This document shows, in pieces, positions 23,960 through 37,800 of a stretch of DNA of 64,000 bases (the stretch's first letter is position 1; every line of letters starts with the position of its first letter). Source of the DNA: Lama guanicoe. Its lineage: Eukaryota. The stretch lies in NCBI GenBank assembly GCA_013239625.1, contig MU053557.1:5777842-5841841 (forward strand). Reading direction: 5' to 3'. The translations under genes were made by a program, and so were the position numbers. The notes beneath the pieces are model-generated. The model was not told the origin of the DNA, made no database searches, and saw only the letters and a list, made by a program, of their open reading frames with translations.

Positions 23960-25026
23960 GTGGACGGACATGTGCACTGACATGCCAGCCCCTTCCAGCA
24001 GAGACCCTCACCAGGTCCACGGCCGTGCTCATGCAGCCCATATCCACTAACGCCAGTTCAGAACAGAGCACTGAGCTCAGCTCTGCTGTGGGGTGAATGG
24101 AGAGTCTGAGGCTGAATCTCACTCTTCCAGGGGCTCACACTGCCAATGGGATGGAAAACACTGACTGAAAAGCCAGTTAGGAGCAGGGGCTGGTGCCCAG
24201 CAGGCCACGTGGGGGGCTTCAGGCAAACACGTTAGCCTCCCTACCTGCCTCTGATGGGTGTCAGGTTGTCAAGAACGAGCACACAATGCATTGGAAACCT
24301 TAGCACAGTGTAGGGCACAGAGGAAGTGCTCCAGGAATAGCTGTTTATTATTATCTTATGAAATAATTAGTACCAAGACAACAACTTCTCACTTGCCTGG
24401 GAAACTTCCTTCCTTGCAGAAGCCAGCCAAGAACTTAACCGAAGCCCCCCTTTCTTAAAAAAAGGCCTCTGAGCTGTCATCTGTAAAGACTAGCAAGTTT
24501 GTGCCCTGAAACTCACGGACCTTCCTCGTCGGTGAGCTGAGGATAGATGCGGAAGTGACTGGGCAGGTGATGGGGGTGCTGGTTCAGATCACTGGGAGGC
24601 AGGAGGGCTTCCTGGGGGCCTGAGGATGGCAGGCCGACACGGGTAGAGGTCTGGGCTGGGAAGGAGTGGGGAGGCCCAGGGGTCTTGACTGCCCCTCTAA
24701 TTCATTGGCTGCCGCGGGGCACTGGGAGCTGCTGTGGGGTCTCTGGCGGCAGGAGGGTGACAATATGCAGGGGCTTCTTCAGAAACCTGACTCTGGCGGC
24801 TGATGCAGCTTCCAGCAAGGGACACCCTCTGGCAAGGAGGCAAGTCAGGGCCTGTCGGAACCTAGACAGGATTTAATGCCAGGATCCACGCACAACATGA
24901 AATTCCAGACGGGGAAATCACTACGTATGTGGCGAAGCTCCCCTCACAACCTTTATATCACATGACCTTCATAATTCAGTGGAACGGTTATCTCCACTTT
25001 ACAGAGGAGAAAAACTCTGTCCTTAC

Positions 25027-25074
25027 CGAAGGGACAGCATACAGCTGCTCGTGGCAGCTCGAGTCCAGGAAGCA
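25027..25074 (+). repeat. 48-bp dispersed direct repeat, copy 2 (inside a degenerate antisense MIR)
   Basis: See copy 1; preceded by the MIR-like TTATCTCCACTTTACAGAGGAGAAAA. Confidence 0.95.
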
Positions 25075-26609
25075 AGGTCCCTAGTTCCTGCATCAATGCC
25101 CCTCTTTCACGAAGGATTTGGCGGGTGTACCTGCCTTCTCTTACAACATTCAATAACAACATGGCACTGGGCAGTCTTGGAACCAGGGTGGGCGGGGGCC
25201 ATGTGATGAGTGAGTCCCCAGAGGGTTCCAGGCACTGACGCTGGAGTCAGGAAATCCTGGTTGGAGGCCCAGCCCCATAACCTACCACCGGTGTAGCCTG
25301 GGGAAGCATCTGAACCTCAGTTTCACCCCAGATGGAGAGAAGATGTCTACAAAGGAGGTTCTTTCTCTTCCACCAGCCCTGGGAGGGTGTGAGCTTGTCT
25401 CATGTGCCTGGCATGGGGCTCAGTGCAGGGCAGGAACTCAGTCAATACCATCATAAGAAACTGTTCACATTTATTATGGGCGCTTACTCCGTGTTAAGCA
25501 CTGTGCTGATGACTCAGCTAAATAGATGGGCAGGCAGCTGGTGAGAAGGGACTGGACTCTAATAGGAGTTGAGGAAGGAGAATAAACATCAGAGGGGAAA
25601 CTGCAGACTAGGGGAAGGGGCCCTGTCTGGAGGGGCTGGGGAAGAGCTCACCAGTGAAGCGTGCCAGCTAGCACAGGGTCTGAAGACTCGGGTTCAATTT
25701 TCCACTGCCATCACCTTGCTGTGTGGCTTTGGCTAGGGTTTGGCCATCTCTGGGCCTCTGTTTTCCTTTATGGAGGACAGATGGAAGGCACAAGGGAACT
25801 GGAAGCGGAGCTGTCAGGGAGGGAGGCTCCTTACCTGAGGCCTCCAGGCCTGTTGGGATCTGCCAGCCTGAAGGGGATTTCCTGGGGCCGGCCCAGTCTC
25901 CAGCCCTGCTGACGTCTCCCCTGGATGGGCGCCCAGAGCAGCACTGTAGTGGAAAAGGCAGACGGGCACTGTCCCAGCCCACACCTCAGCCCTCCCTCTG
26001 GGGCCCTGGGGTCTCCCCACCCCTAACCCAAGGTGAGGAAGTGGGGGATCCCTCCTGTTGAAAGAAGAAGGCACTGCCCCTTGGCTCAAGCTCCTGATTT
26101 GCTGTGTGACCTCAGGCAAGTCCCTGCCCCTTTCTGAGCCTTGGACCCCTGTCTTTGAAATGAGGAGGGCAAAGATTTCTAAGCTCTGTGGGAACTCTGA
26201 CACTCTGGGACCCTGCTAGGGACTGGGGGGCCTGGGAAAGAGGACTGGGGTGGGAGCTGGATTCCAAGGCCTTGCTTTTCCTGCTGCAGAGTGGAAGGTG
26301 GATGGGGTGGAGGGACGGCAGTGGGAGAAAAAGAGCCCCAAGGCCTCCAGGTGGCTGTAAGAGGGGGCAAGGCGAGCCTGAGGTTTTGGAAACATATTTA
26401 TTCTTGAGTGTCCGGTGTCACCGGGGGCTTTTTCTTTGGGTTTTGAAATGCTCCAGAAGTCAGCACTCTGCATGTGTGTGTTTGCAGAGCAGAGTATGGG
26501 CTGTATTTATTCATCCTTTAGCCCAAGCCTTTAAAAATATAGACGGCTAATGTCTTCAGTATGTATGAAATATCCCATATGCTCGGAAACAAAAGGGGCT
26601 CTGTTATTA

Positions 26610-26717
26610 AAGTTTCATTTAGAGACAGAGCGGGAGTGAAGAGGCAGGCGGGCAGCCGTGGCTGGAGGCCCGGGCATAGCCGGTCCCTGCGAGACGGGGT
26701 GCGGATTCTGGCTCCAG
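26610..26717 (+). other. SYNPO: Candidate non-coding first exon of the long SYNPO isoform (start approximate)
   Basis: Local CpG enrichment at 26630-26890, donor CCAG|GTGAGC at 26717/26718, no ATG, AT-rich upstream elements (TATTAAA 26605-11). Position fits my recollection of an upstream 5'UTR exon in human SYNPO. Confidence 0.6.
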
Positions 26718-27103
26718 GTGAGCGAGAGACCTCGGAGGACAAGACCAGGGTCTTCCAGGGGCGAGGGGCCCCCCGGGTCCCTGGGATGGCCGGTGGAGGA
26801 GTGAGGACCAAGGTGGCCCTTCTTGCGGGCGCCTGTGGGGCCGGGGCCCTGGCAGGGCCCCGCTGTCTGGGACGGAAATGCCCGCTCTGCTGCTAACTGA
26901 AACCACATGTGTCTCCCAGGCAGCGGGACAGAGACTCCGCCAAGCCTGGGGCTTGGGACTGGGGGGAGGAAAGATGCAGGCTGGACCCCACTGTGTGCCC
27001 CGGGGTGGTGGGGTAGGGAGGGTTGGGGTCATTTGCATTTGTACAGGAGACAGCATGTCAGAGGGTGGGTGAATGTGTGAGTTCTGTGTGTGCATGTTGC
27101 ATG

Positions 27104-27104
<1 letters not shown>

Positions 27105-27134
<30 letters not shown>
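27105..27134. repeat. (TG)15 microsatellite
   Basis: Read directly; perfect. Confidence 0.95.
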
Positions 27135-27137
<3 letters not shown>

Positions 27138-30100
27138 GCATGTCTGCATGTCAGTGGGGCATCCCTGCTCACAGGGCCAAAAGGGCCTCCCCCTTGGCCT
27201 CCTGTGGCCTGAGTCCTGGGCAGACCCCTACCTAACACCCAGAGCCCGGGAGCCTGCTGGCTGCCTCCTGGGAGGGTCTTCTGGGGTGAGGAGACACCCA
27301 AGCGGAGTTGGTGGCTGTCTTTCTATGCTGGGACTACCCAGTGGCCACCATCCTCCCTTATTTTCCCTCTAGCCCAGTTCAGTCTTCTCACACCCATACA
27401 ACCTCTACCCTTTTCCCGGAGAGAAAGACTGAGGTGTAGAGTAAGGGGCTGATAACAATCTCTTCTCCTGCATCTGCTGTCATCTTTTTCAGAGTGCTTG
27501 TCTCTGGGAGCTTGGCATCTTCACTATAGCCCTAGAAGGTGAGGAAACCAAGCCCAAGACAGGGGCCAGCTTGCCTGCAGCATCAGGGAGACAGCATGGG
27601 GGCTGATCAAGCCCGGAGGGGTCAAGGATGACTGGGACAAGGGCTCCTTGGAGAAAGGCTGCACACAGATTCTGTGGCAAATAGGGGCACCCCCTGGGGG
27701 GCCCTATGACCTGAGTCCTGAGTCTTCTTTCCCTAAAGAGCAAGCCTTGTGGGGAGCTGGGCTCTGGGTTCTAGTGGTGGCCCTGCCACTGCCTTGCTCT
27801 GGATGTTGGACGGGTCTCCTCCCGACTCTGGGCCTCAGTTTCCCCATCCGCACAATGACAAGGTTGGACTAAGATATTATTTCCCAAAATGTGATGTGCA
27901 CAGTGCCAGCAGCTCAGGAGAGGATGCCACATGAACTGCCAGTTTTTGTTTTAACAAGGGTTGTGTGTTATTTTTACCTCATTAGGGGAAAATATATAAA
28001 AGCACATCAAACCCAGGGGTGGATTTAAACAAAAATATAAACCACCTAAGATGAATGAAGACTAGGGACTGCTAGGAGACCCCTGGGCTCCTGTCCATTT
28101 TGGCAACAGGATCTCTTTATGCTTCTATCATTTTTAACTGCTCGTGAGAGTGTTGGTTCTGGCTATCTATAACCCAGAGATACGCTCTGCTGTGTGGATC
28201 ATCTTTTGGCCTCCACAAATTAGCAGACTTAAAATTCTGTGATTGGAGTAAAAGTCTGTGTGTGTGTGTGTGTGTCTGTGTCTGCATGTGCGTGCTGTGT
28301 ATGCTGCGGGGGAAAGGACCAGGAATGGAATGAGCAGAGCTGGGAAAAAGATCAGCCCATCCCAGGTTGAGGCTGGGTGCCCAAGGTCAGAGGCAGGGAG
28401 TTGGAGAAAGAGGTTGTTCCCTGACTGACATTCTCAAGTGCTTTGTCTGGCCTCAGCCTTGCACTGAATCGCTGCGATGGGTGGGGAGGCGAGGGGCCGC
28501 CCTAGCTTCAGCCTTTCCTGCCATTCAGCTCCAGCTCCCTGGCCATTTGGCTACATTTTATGTGCCAGCCTAGGACTGATCCAGGAAAGGTGCACTGGGA
28601 GGATACAGGGGTGTGGGGAGCACCTTAGTAAAGCTCCCCGCCTGGGGCTTCTCTGGGCTGGGCTGGGTGGAGCTGGTACCATGGAGGACGCACTCCCCCA
28701 TGCCCACCACCCCACTCCTTTACTGAGCGGCCCACTGTTGTTACTCATGATGATGCTTGTTTTTCCATGGATTTCCACTGGTGATTTGTCTCATCACCAG
28801 CTCTCTAGGCAAGCACGGCGCTGCCCTGCTGCAGGAAGTACATCCTCCCAGACTGCCTGCCCTGTCTCATCCTGCAGTGGGAAGAGGGCATCCAGAGGGC
28901 TCAGGGGTGTGGATGGAATCCTTGGTGGGGATGAATGCACAGCCCCTTCTTGGGGAGGCAGCAGGTGCAGGTGAGGTAGCCCAGGGCAGGCTCCTGCCCT
29001 CTTGGGGCCTCAGTGTCCCTACTGGTCCTCGGAGACATTGTCCTCAGTGAGGCTGAAGTAATTTTCTAGCCCTGCCCTCGGATGGAGCAACATCCATTTA
29101 CCTCTACAGGGTTCTTGTTCCTCTAGAAGGGTGCCTTTCCGAGGAGTTGGGGGACAAGCCCTGTGAGTTTGGGGTTGGGCTCCCTGGAGCAGGGATGGGC
29201 CACAGGGAGTCATCCACACTCCTTGGGCCCAGCTTCCCTTGGGCCCTGGCCTAGATTTTTCAAACCCTGGGGAAGCAGCTGGCCAGGGTCAGGGGCAAAG
29301 TCCTTGCTTGCAGAACTTATCACATTCTAACCGGCTTTCAGTGGCCTTGTGGGTCTTGCAGAACTACCAGCAGCTACACCCAAGGCCAAGGGCAAACAGA
29401 GACCTGGGCAGATTTACGGGCATCATTATAGAGAGATCAGCCTGGCCGCGGTGTGGGAGGGGGCACTGCTTAGTGGGGAGGATGTGGGCTTAAAGAGCAA
29501 ACTTTTCCTAAAGAAACATTCTCATTCGGAAAATGAAACTCTTCCAGTGACCATGGTCTGCTTAAGTACGTCGTCCCCTGTAGTGGGATAAGCCATGGGT
29601 TCAGATGGAGGCAGAGGACTCCAGTTAAACTTAGCATCTCTACCCAAAGCGATGCCCTGGGGCTCTACCTCCTTAGGCTTCACCTTTTTTCCTAGGTTTG
29701 CTACAGGCTGAGTATGGAGGGGAGACAAAGCAGTTCACCTATAGAGTCCCACCCAGATCTACCGACAATATGAACTTCAGGCAAGGGAAGCTGAGGTTTG
29801 TTACTGGGTTAGGGAAAAAGAAAAAGGAGAGATCAGGTGGACCAGTGCTCTGCTCCTGCCGCAGATGCGGGATATGGCCAGGTCACTGCATCTTCCTCAG
29901 TTCGACTTTCCTGATCTATAAAATGGGTTGTCACGAAGAGTCAGGAGATTATGGGACAGAAGGCCTGGCACATGCTGTATCCAGCACTCGATAAATAGTA
30001 GCTCAAAGGTACCAGGCCTGTGGATAACTCCACTGACTTAGGGAGCATGTGTCATTGCCACTTCACAGAGAGGAGAAGGAGACACAGAGCCACGTGCCCT

Positions 30101-30949
30101 GAGAGGAGGGGAGGGCCCCAACTCTTTCCCAGGCCTGGGTTCCACTGGCTCTGTCACTTCTAGTAGGTGACTTCACCCTCTGAGTCTCAGTTCCCTCAGC
30201 TGTAAAATTGGGCCCAGGAGAGTACCTACCAATCTTACAGGGGATTAAACCAGCCAATGGGAAACTCCCAGCACATAGTAGGTGCTCAGGGAACACTGCT
30301 CTAGCTGAGTGGGAACCTGGAGGCCCAAGGCCTGGTCCTGGGCTGATCTCAGGGGCCCCTGCCCTGGAAGTGCTCACTCCAAACAGCCCTGTTAGTCCCC
30401 AGTCAGGGTCACAGGAGAGAGGCCAGGCAGCTAGCGGCTCTGGAACCCCAGGAGGGCTTCCCCCCTCAGGATTGGTTGCAGGTCTTGCCACAAATACCTC
30501 CTAGAGGAATGCTCTGCCCTGTCCCCGTCCCCGGGCAGAGCAGGGGCAGTGCCAGTGCTCCTCACTGCCCCTGCCGGCAGGGCTGGTGGGATGGCTTCCT
30601 ACCTGGAGGGTCTTCAGGAAAAGGAAAACGAGGGAAACTGAGGGTCAGAGAGGGACGGTGCCTGTGCAGGGTCCCGGGGAGGTGAGGCAGAGACTGGAGA
30701 GGTGGAGGCGAGGGTGGAAACCTTGTGGGGAGAGGGGAAGGGGAGGGCCCTGTTCCAACCCTGCCAGGGCCTCCTTCCAGCTCTGCTCACTGGAAGCAGG
30801 AACCAGCTGAAGGGGGACCGGAAAGGAGAGAGAGCAAACAGAGTCAGAGGAAAGCCTGGAGCTCCAAGTGCTGGGGTTGTTTGGTCTGGCCGAGCCACCT
30901 CCTGGCCCCTCCCAGCAGCTCTGCAGACAGACTCCAGCAACTCCCGCCA

Positions 30950-31225
30950 CATGCGTGCATGTGCCCGCGCTCACACACACACACACACACACAGAGACAC
31001 AGTGACACACAGGTATACAGACCCACACAGTCACACATAGTCACAGAGAGGCACACAGATACATGCACACACAACACACATATACACGCAGATACACACA
31101 TACAGTCACAAACAGGCACATACACACATATATACACAGACACATACAGACGTACACATGTATACACAATACACACATACGCATACAGACACACACACAC
31201 ACACACATGCACAGACACACGGCAC
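30950..31225. repeat. Degenerate (CA/TA)n low-complexity tract
   Basis: ~270 bp of alternating purine-pyrimidine, CA-rich sequence; source of the spurious HT/CV-rich ORFs. Confidence 0.9.
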
Positions 31226-33142
31226 AGAGCTCTGAGCTGGAGGGCAGGTGCTGGGACAGAGGGTTTGTGCAGCTCCTCTGGCCTGACCACCTCGTTCCCC
31301 TCGGCCCCCGCAACACACACCAGCTCAGCCCCTCGCTGCGATGACTATAACACCTGCTGCACACTTACTGTTCGGTGCTAAGCTCTCTACTTGGATGAAC
31401 TTGTTTAAGCCTCACAACAGCCCCACGAGGCGGGTGCTGTAATTAGCCCCCGTCTGCAGATGGGAAAGCAGGCTCCTAGCGGCAGGGCCCCGGGGCACGG
31501 GCCCCGGGGCACATCCCCCTCGCCGCCCCTGAGGGCACTGGGCTCTGGCGCCGTGCCAGGCCCTGGGATCAACACTTCCACCCCCACCGTCCACGCCATG
31601 TGACCAGCAACATGATGCTGCCCTTCTCAGGCCCCAGGAAGGGAAGTCACAGAGAGCAGAGGGAGCAAGGCTGGATGTCTCTGCGTGAGCTGAGCCAAGG
31701 CTTCAGCAGAGAGGAGAGGCAAGGGGTCGAGGTCAGACAAACACATCATCACATTTAGGCTCAGTGCCCTCCTGCTTCCTCTTCCAGCATCTTCCTCCAT
31801 AACTTGTAGCTTCCTTTCATCACCTGCCCTGACCCCTGAGACTTACCTCTGTCCCCTAGACCCTACCTGCCAGTACCTCTCACCCTCACACTTGTTCAGC
31901 TGGCTAGCCATTGCCTCAACAAGTGTGTCTTGAGCTTCCTTAATAGTAGCTTTGGATGCCTGTTGACAAAACATGTTTCCCTTCCATTATTTTATTTCAT
32001 CTGTATGTGTATATGGAGGGGTGGGTGGTGGTGGATATTATTTTGTTTTATCTTGGCTCAACCACTCACTGAGAATCCTTTCCAATAGAGGGCCAAACTA
32101 ACTAAAATACATATCAGAGTCCTCCACTGGGCTTAAAATGCCAGCTGTACAAGTACAGGGTGTGGGAGTTGTAGCTTAAAAGTAGCAGTGGTATAGTGAT
32201 GTCTTTGTGAACCATAAGGACAATATAATCCAGCAGAGGTGTAGCGATTGAAAGGGAGAAAAAAAAGCTAATGTGATGGTAGGCTGCATTAATAAAGATA
32301 GCATGCCCAGAATGAGGGAGGGGATGGTGCCAAGTGCTTCTCCCACATAATTTCATTTAATCCTCACAAAAATGCCTAGAAGGTGGTGCTGACATCGTCC
32401 TAATTTTCAGATGGGGAAATGGAGGCTCAGAGAGATTGAGTAGCTCCTCATGGCCCTTGTCACCTCCCATCTCATATTATAGCTATTCAAGCCCCTGTCT
32501 CATGCCCTTCCGCCCACACTACACTCCTGGATAAGAGGAACCACCTCTGCTTCCCCTCTGTTCTCCCCAGTGTCCTGCACGGTGCTCGTTCCCAGCGGCA
32601 CCTACAGGCGTTTATTACATTCAGTTGGATTGAATGAATATTTGAGAAGGGCAAGGAGAGCACGGGGAGGAAGAAAGGATGAGGAGAGAACCCCAAGCCG
32701 AGGGCAGAGAGTAGCATAACGCAGTGGCTGTGCTGGGAGCCAACTTCAAAGACCATTCCAGCCTGGAACTCCCCTACCTGCATTCAACTTTTGGACTCCC
32801 ACTAGAGCAGCCTGTCAAGGTGTTTCCCAGGCTCTGCTTGATCTCTGCCAGTGATGGGGAGCCCAGCACCTACCGAGGTATGAGATAATCCAAGCATATC
32901 ACTTATCCCAGGGCCAAGTGGTCCCCTGACAGCTGGCCTTTACTGAGTGCTTTCCCCGCACCAGGTACAACGAAGCCATGAGAGGTCGCTACTATCATTA
33001 TCCTAGTTTGGCAGATGAGGAAACCGAGCATAGAGAGGTACATAGCTTGCCCAAGGTCTCATAGCTATTGAGTGACAGAATACAGAACACAATTCGAAGC
33101 CCAGAGGGTGGCTCTAGAGAGGCTGCCCTCCTGATCTCTACG

Positions 33143-33463
33143 CCAGCCCTGTTCATGGAAAGAAATGCAAGCACATACATCTTGTTATGTTTTCTAAAAG
33201 CCACTCTAAAAAGTAAAAAGTACAGGTAAAAAAAAAGACTGAGAAATTAATTTTCCTAATACATTCCTTTAAATCCCAAAGAGCACCATTTTAACATGTA
33301 ATAAATCTAAACAACAAAGTCATTAATGAGACCCTTACACTCTTCTTTGGGTTCTAAGTCTTTGAAACCTGGTGTGCATTACAGCACATCTCAGTATGAA
33401 CTCATCACCTTTCAAATGCTGAGCGGCACATGTGGCCAGTGGCCACCACATTGGACAGCGCAC
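33143..33463. mobile_element. MER33-like hAT-Charlie element
   Basis: TTCTAAGTCTTTGAAACCTGGTGTG..ACAGCACATCTCA..TTTCAAATGCT..GCACATGTGGCCAGTGGCCACCACATTGGACAGCGCA. Confidence 0.8.
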
Positions 33464-34105
33464 TTCTATACTAGACTGCCTTTCTAGGTGCTCACTGCGC
33501 TATACCCTAGTGCATAAGAAGCAGCCAATAAATGTCAGGCACTATTATGATTATTTTTATCACTGGTTCTTGTTGGTGGTGGTCCAGGGAGAAGCTGGGC
33601 TGAGGCCCCAAGCCCTTGGCATAAGCACTGCTTCTATTCTTAATCTGCGTCCTACAAGCCAACAGCTTGATGTCTCCCAGTCTGAGCCAAGCTTTGTGAA
33701 CCTTTGGCCTGTGGGTCGAGAAGAGCCAGTCAGCTCTCTCTAGGAGGGGAGACCAGGCTGAGGTCTCTCCATCTCCCCAGCCGGCCAGCTGAGTATCACA
33801 TGAAATGAGGCCTCCTTGCGGTTTAGAAGCCGGTGGCCCATCTGCTGTGGAGTGGGGGGTGGCCAGGCACACATCTGGAAGCGAGGGGGCAAAGACTCCT
33901 CCCTCTGTGGTCCCTGAAAGCAGCACCTCCTGCGTGTTTTAGGCAGATTAAGCCTTTACACAGAACAAGCAAACAAACAAACAAATCACTACAACTTTTT
34001 AAATACATTTTCCCCCATGAAACCCCATGAATTAAATGGAGCAGGGATAAGGGGTTGACATTGCCCCCTGTCCCTCTGTAGTTCCTGGACAGTTGCTGAA
34101 TGCTT

Positions 34106-34275
34106 GCAAAGCGGTTCCCAAACCTGTCTACACAGTTGGAATCACCTGGGAAATTTCAAAATACACCGATGCCCCGGGGAGTTTGTGATTGAACTGGTCT
34201 GGGGTGTGGCCTGGGCTTTGGAGTGCGTAAAACATCCTCGCGAGAGCTTCAGGCAGACGAGTCAGGGAGCTGCTG
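34106..34275. mobile_element. MER5-like MITE
   Basis: GCGGTTCCCAAAC..TTGGAATCACCTGGGAAATTT..AAATACACCGATGCCC..TGGTCTGGGGTGTGGCCTGGGC. Confidence 0.7.
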
Positions 34276-34448
34276 TGCTAACGCTTCGGGGCACACACTC
34301 ATCTAGCCCTCGCAGTAGCTAGGACGCAGGTCGGTTATGGTTCCCGCTTGAAAGAAGGAAACATGGAGGCTCACAGAGCTGAAATAATTGGCCTCAGGTC
34401 AGACAGCCGGAAACAGGCCAGGTAGGGGTTCACCAGCTACGGTCTTAG

Positions 34449-34650
34449 CTATGGTGTGCTGTTAAATATTTCACAGTTGGCTCCCTGGGAGGGAAAAAGC
34501 CGTGATGTGTAGCTTTTGCCCCATCCCTGATGTAATGACTCTCACTGTGGCTGATTTCAAGCTGCCCAAGTGATGTCACTGAGCGCAGAGTTGGGAAGTG
34601 GTTCATCCAACTAGCTGTTGGGTTGGTCCACTGGACCCCAGCACATGGAT
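34449..34650. mobile_element. MER63-like (hAT-Blackjack) MITE
   Basis: TGGTGTGCTGTTAAATATTT..GGCTGATTTCAAGCT.CC.A.GTGATGTCACTGA.CGCAGAGTTGGGAAG..CCAGCACA. Confidence 0.75.
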
Positions 34651-36249
34651 GGGCCACTCTGCACGAAGAGGAGGTTCTACTGAGTGGCAAGAAAATATGG
34701 TTGGTAATTTGCTGAATTTTTAGTCATAGAACACTTTCTCAAATGGACATTTTCGCTATTTCCAACAGATAAAAAGCAGTATGTTATCAGCAGAGGTTTA
34801 TCTGATAAACTGAAATTATAATATCTTGCTCTTATTACACTGGGCAAGTCTCAGGGCGCACTGGGGGGACTTGTGACCGTGGGCAGTAGGTGGCGTGAAG
34901 AGCAGCGTCTACTCAGACCAGAAGCCTCATGGTCCAGGCCCACCTCTGACCTCCCTGCCTGTGTGGCCTTGGGCAAGTCTTGGCCCCTCTGGCCTCCATT
35001 TCTTGTGTGTTCGGGAGGAGACTGGACTACACATAGGACCCATGGGGCATGGTTTTCCAGGCTGGTGTTGGCCCCGTAGCAGCCCCTGCCCGACTCCAGC
35101 CAGCCTTGGCCCTGTATTTATAGCCATGACTTCAGTCTCTCCAGTTTCGCTGAAGCTGGTTCCCTGGCCCTTATATTTATAAACCCAGTAGGGTAGAAAT
35201 AGATGTGACATGCAGGGAACTTGGCTGATTCTGTGAGCAAGCTGGATTTGGTGTGTCCATTTGGAACAGGCTTGAGCCCCCGGTATCCTGGGTGTCGGGA
35301 TTCATGGGCAAACCGGGGCTGAAAACGCACTTGGAGACCCTGAGCCCAGCCCTGTATTTGTGCAGCTGGGGCTCACTAAGGCCCACGAGTGGAGAGATGT
35401 GGCCAGGGGCACAGAGGGCATGGCAGAGCTGGGCCAGAATGAAGGGTTTTCTTGCGCTGTGCAAAATAGCCTCTCCCTGGAGTGTCAGAGAATCCCTCAG
35501 TGACCATCCCAGGACCCAGGTACCCGTCAGGTCCTGGCTTGGTTGTTTTCCTGCTCTGGGATCACGGGCAGAGATCATCCTCCCTCAGCCTCTGTTTACC
35601 CATCTGTTAAGTGGGACTAGTAATTGGTACCTGCTTTATAAGGTTCTTGTGGGGAGTAAACAAGATCATACTTGACATAACTTTCCAGGATGGTGCCCAG
35701 TGCATAGCCAGTGATCGAGAGATGGTGGCTCTGTTCCTGATTAGTCACCCCTTAATAAAAGTAACTGTTATGACAACAGCTGCCTCTCCTCGAGCCCCTA
35801 TACATATTAATTTAATCCTCTCCACCATATGATATCATTATTATTATCCTCAAACTCATTGTATAGCATGTGTCTTATACCAAAGAGACACCCGATCCAT
35901 TTAGTGAACTTGGAAAAGAATGTTCTCAAAGAAAAAAGCTAATATGTGAAACCATATTTTTATGTACCAGACCATAACAAATACTCAGTCCTAAATGGTA
36001 GACATGTTCACAGTGGAACGTGAAGGTTCTAAAATGGTAAATGATTGAATAATCAGACATCTCTCAGGGGTTTGCAGGGTCTGTGTGACTGATCTGGCCA
36101 CTTAATTTTGATTTTGTATATTCCTAATTGCATATGAGAATTTAACATAATAGTGAACTTGAAATGCGTATGCCATACGAAAAAAAAGATAGCATCTGTC
36201 AAGGTTTTTCACATCAATACCACTGCTTTTTCTGTCCTAATGATACACA

Positions 36250-36480
36250 GCTCTCCCCCGTCCCCTTTCCTGCTTAATTATTTTTCCATCGCACTTATCA
36301 CCATCCAATGCGCTTTCTTATTTGTCTGTTACCCGTCCACCCCAACGAACATGTGAGCTTCACGTGGGCAGGGTTTCTTTCTCTTTTGTTCACTGTGTAC
36401 TGCCAGGACTTAAAATAGAGGATGGCACATAGCAGGCGTTCAGAGAATATGTGTCAAGTGAATGAATGAATTAGTGAATG
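36250..36480 (+). mobile_element. L2a 3' end
   Basis: ATGTGAGCTTCACGTGGGCAGGG..TTTTGTTCACTG..TGGCACATAGCAGGCGTTCA..GTGAATGAATGAA. Confidence 0.75.
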
Positions 36481-37579
36481 CGTAAGTCTCCATTTTACCC
36501 AGGAGGCAACTGGAATTCAGTGAGATGAGCTACTCAGCTACTGAGAGGCTGAACTCAGGCCTGGTAACACTCATCTCTCCTGAGATCACCCAGCGTGTCC
36601 AGCTTGGGGAGTTCTTTCCAGCCATCACGGCTACCTCTTGTCAAGGAATGGATTCCTGATACTTCCAGAGCTCCCCCAGCTTCACACGATGCTCATCCAA
36701 CACCGGACGCTTATGTCCCAGGAGGAAGGAAGGGCGGTCAGAGCAGGCTGGGCAGCCAGGGTGGGGATGGCTGGAGGCCGAGGCAGGAAGAAGGGAGGCC
36801 ACAACTGGTCAGTGTGTCTGACCGGACAGGGCTGGAGGGCCAGGTTGGTAATGTGGGGTCATGTTTGTACCTCCCTCTGGAGACTGACTCTGCCCTCTGG
36901 AAAATGCCGGGACAGGGCAAGTCCACAGAGGATTCAGGGATGCCTTCCTCCTTGGTCGCTACCATCTCTACCAACCACTCTGCCCAAGACCTTCTTCAGC
37001 TGGGGAAACTGAGGCCCATTGAAAGGAAGTGACTCTTCCAGAACACATAGCAAGATAACCCCAAATGCCAGGCTTCCTCATTCTCACGAGTTCTGGAGGC
37101 TGGAGGGGTTTGAGATTCCCCCTTTGGAGTCATGGGAAAGAGGTCCACCCCAAACTTGGCTCCCACCCCATCCTTGAGAGAGAAGCGCTCAGGCAGGAAT
37201 TTACACTCAGTGCAGATTCCTGAGGTCAACAAAAGCTCTCTTCCTAGTGGCAGAGAGAACCCAGCTCTGGACAGTCCAGACCCTTCCTTCCACCCCATTC
37301 CTGATGCCAAGGTGCTGCAGGACAGGTGTGGGGGGCGGGTGCACCCTGAGCCATCCGGACCAGTTCTGGGTTACCCTTCCCCCAGGGTAATTCCATTTTT
37401 GCCCCTAGCTGTATATACAGTCAGCGCCTCGGTCACTCCACATCGTCATTCCACTTGATTAATATTTATTGAGTGACTACTATGTGCCAGACACTGAAGA
37501 TAATCTCCCCCCTCTCTCCCTCCCATCCTCCCATCCTCCCATCTTTTTTCTCATTCATTCCTTCATTTAGCAATGACTG

Positions 37580-37800
37580 AGGCAGTACAGCCTTATGGAT
37601 AAGAGTGCCGTCTGGAGCTAGACCCCTGACTCAGCCACTCCCTGGCTGTGTGAGCTTGGCAAGTCACAGAAGTGCAGTCTCCTTATCTGTAAAATGAGGA
37701 TAATAATAGCCTCTTCCTTCCAGGGTTGTGATGAGGATGAAATGAGTTAATGCACACTAAGTGCCTGGAGTAACACCTGACGCAGTAAACACTTCGTAAA
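37580..37800 (+). mobile_element. MIR SINE, near full length
   Basis: GGATAAGAGTG..TCTGGAGCTAGAC..CTGTAAAATGAGGATAATAATAG..GTTGTGATGAGGATGAAATGAGTTAAT. Confidence 0.85.

Noticed and set aside
31485..31512. 14-bp tandem duplication GGGCCCCGGGGCAC (a similar 16-bp duplication is at 55741-55772)
   Set aside because: Ordinary slippage duplications inside decayed MIRs.
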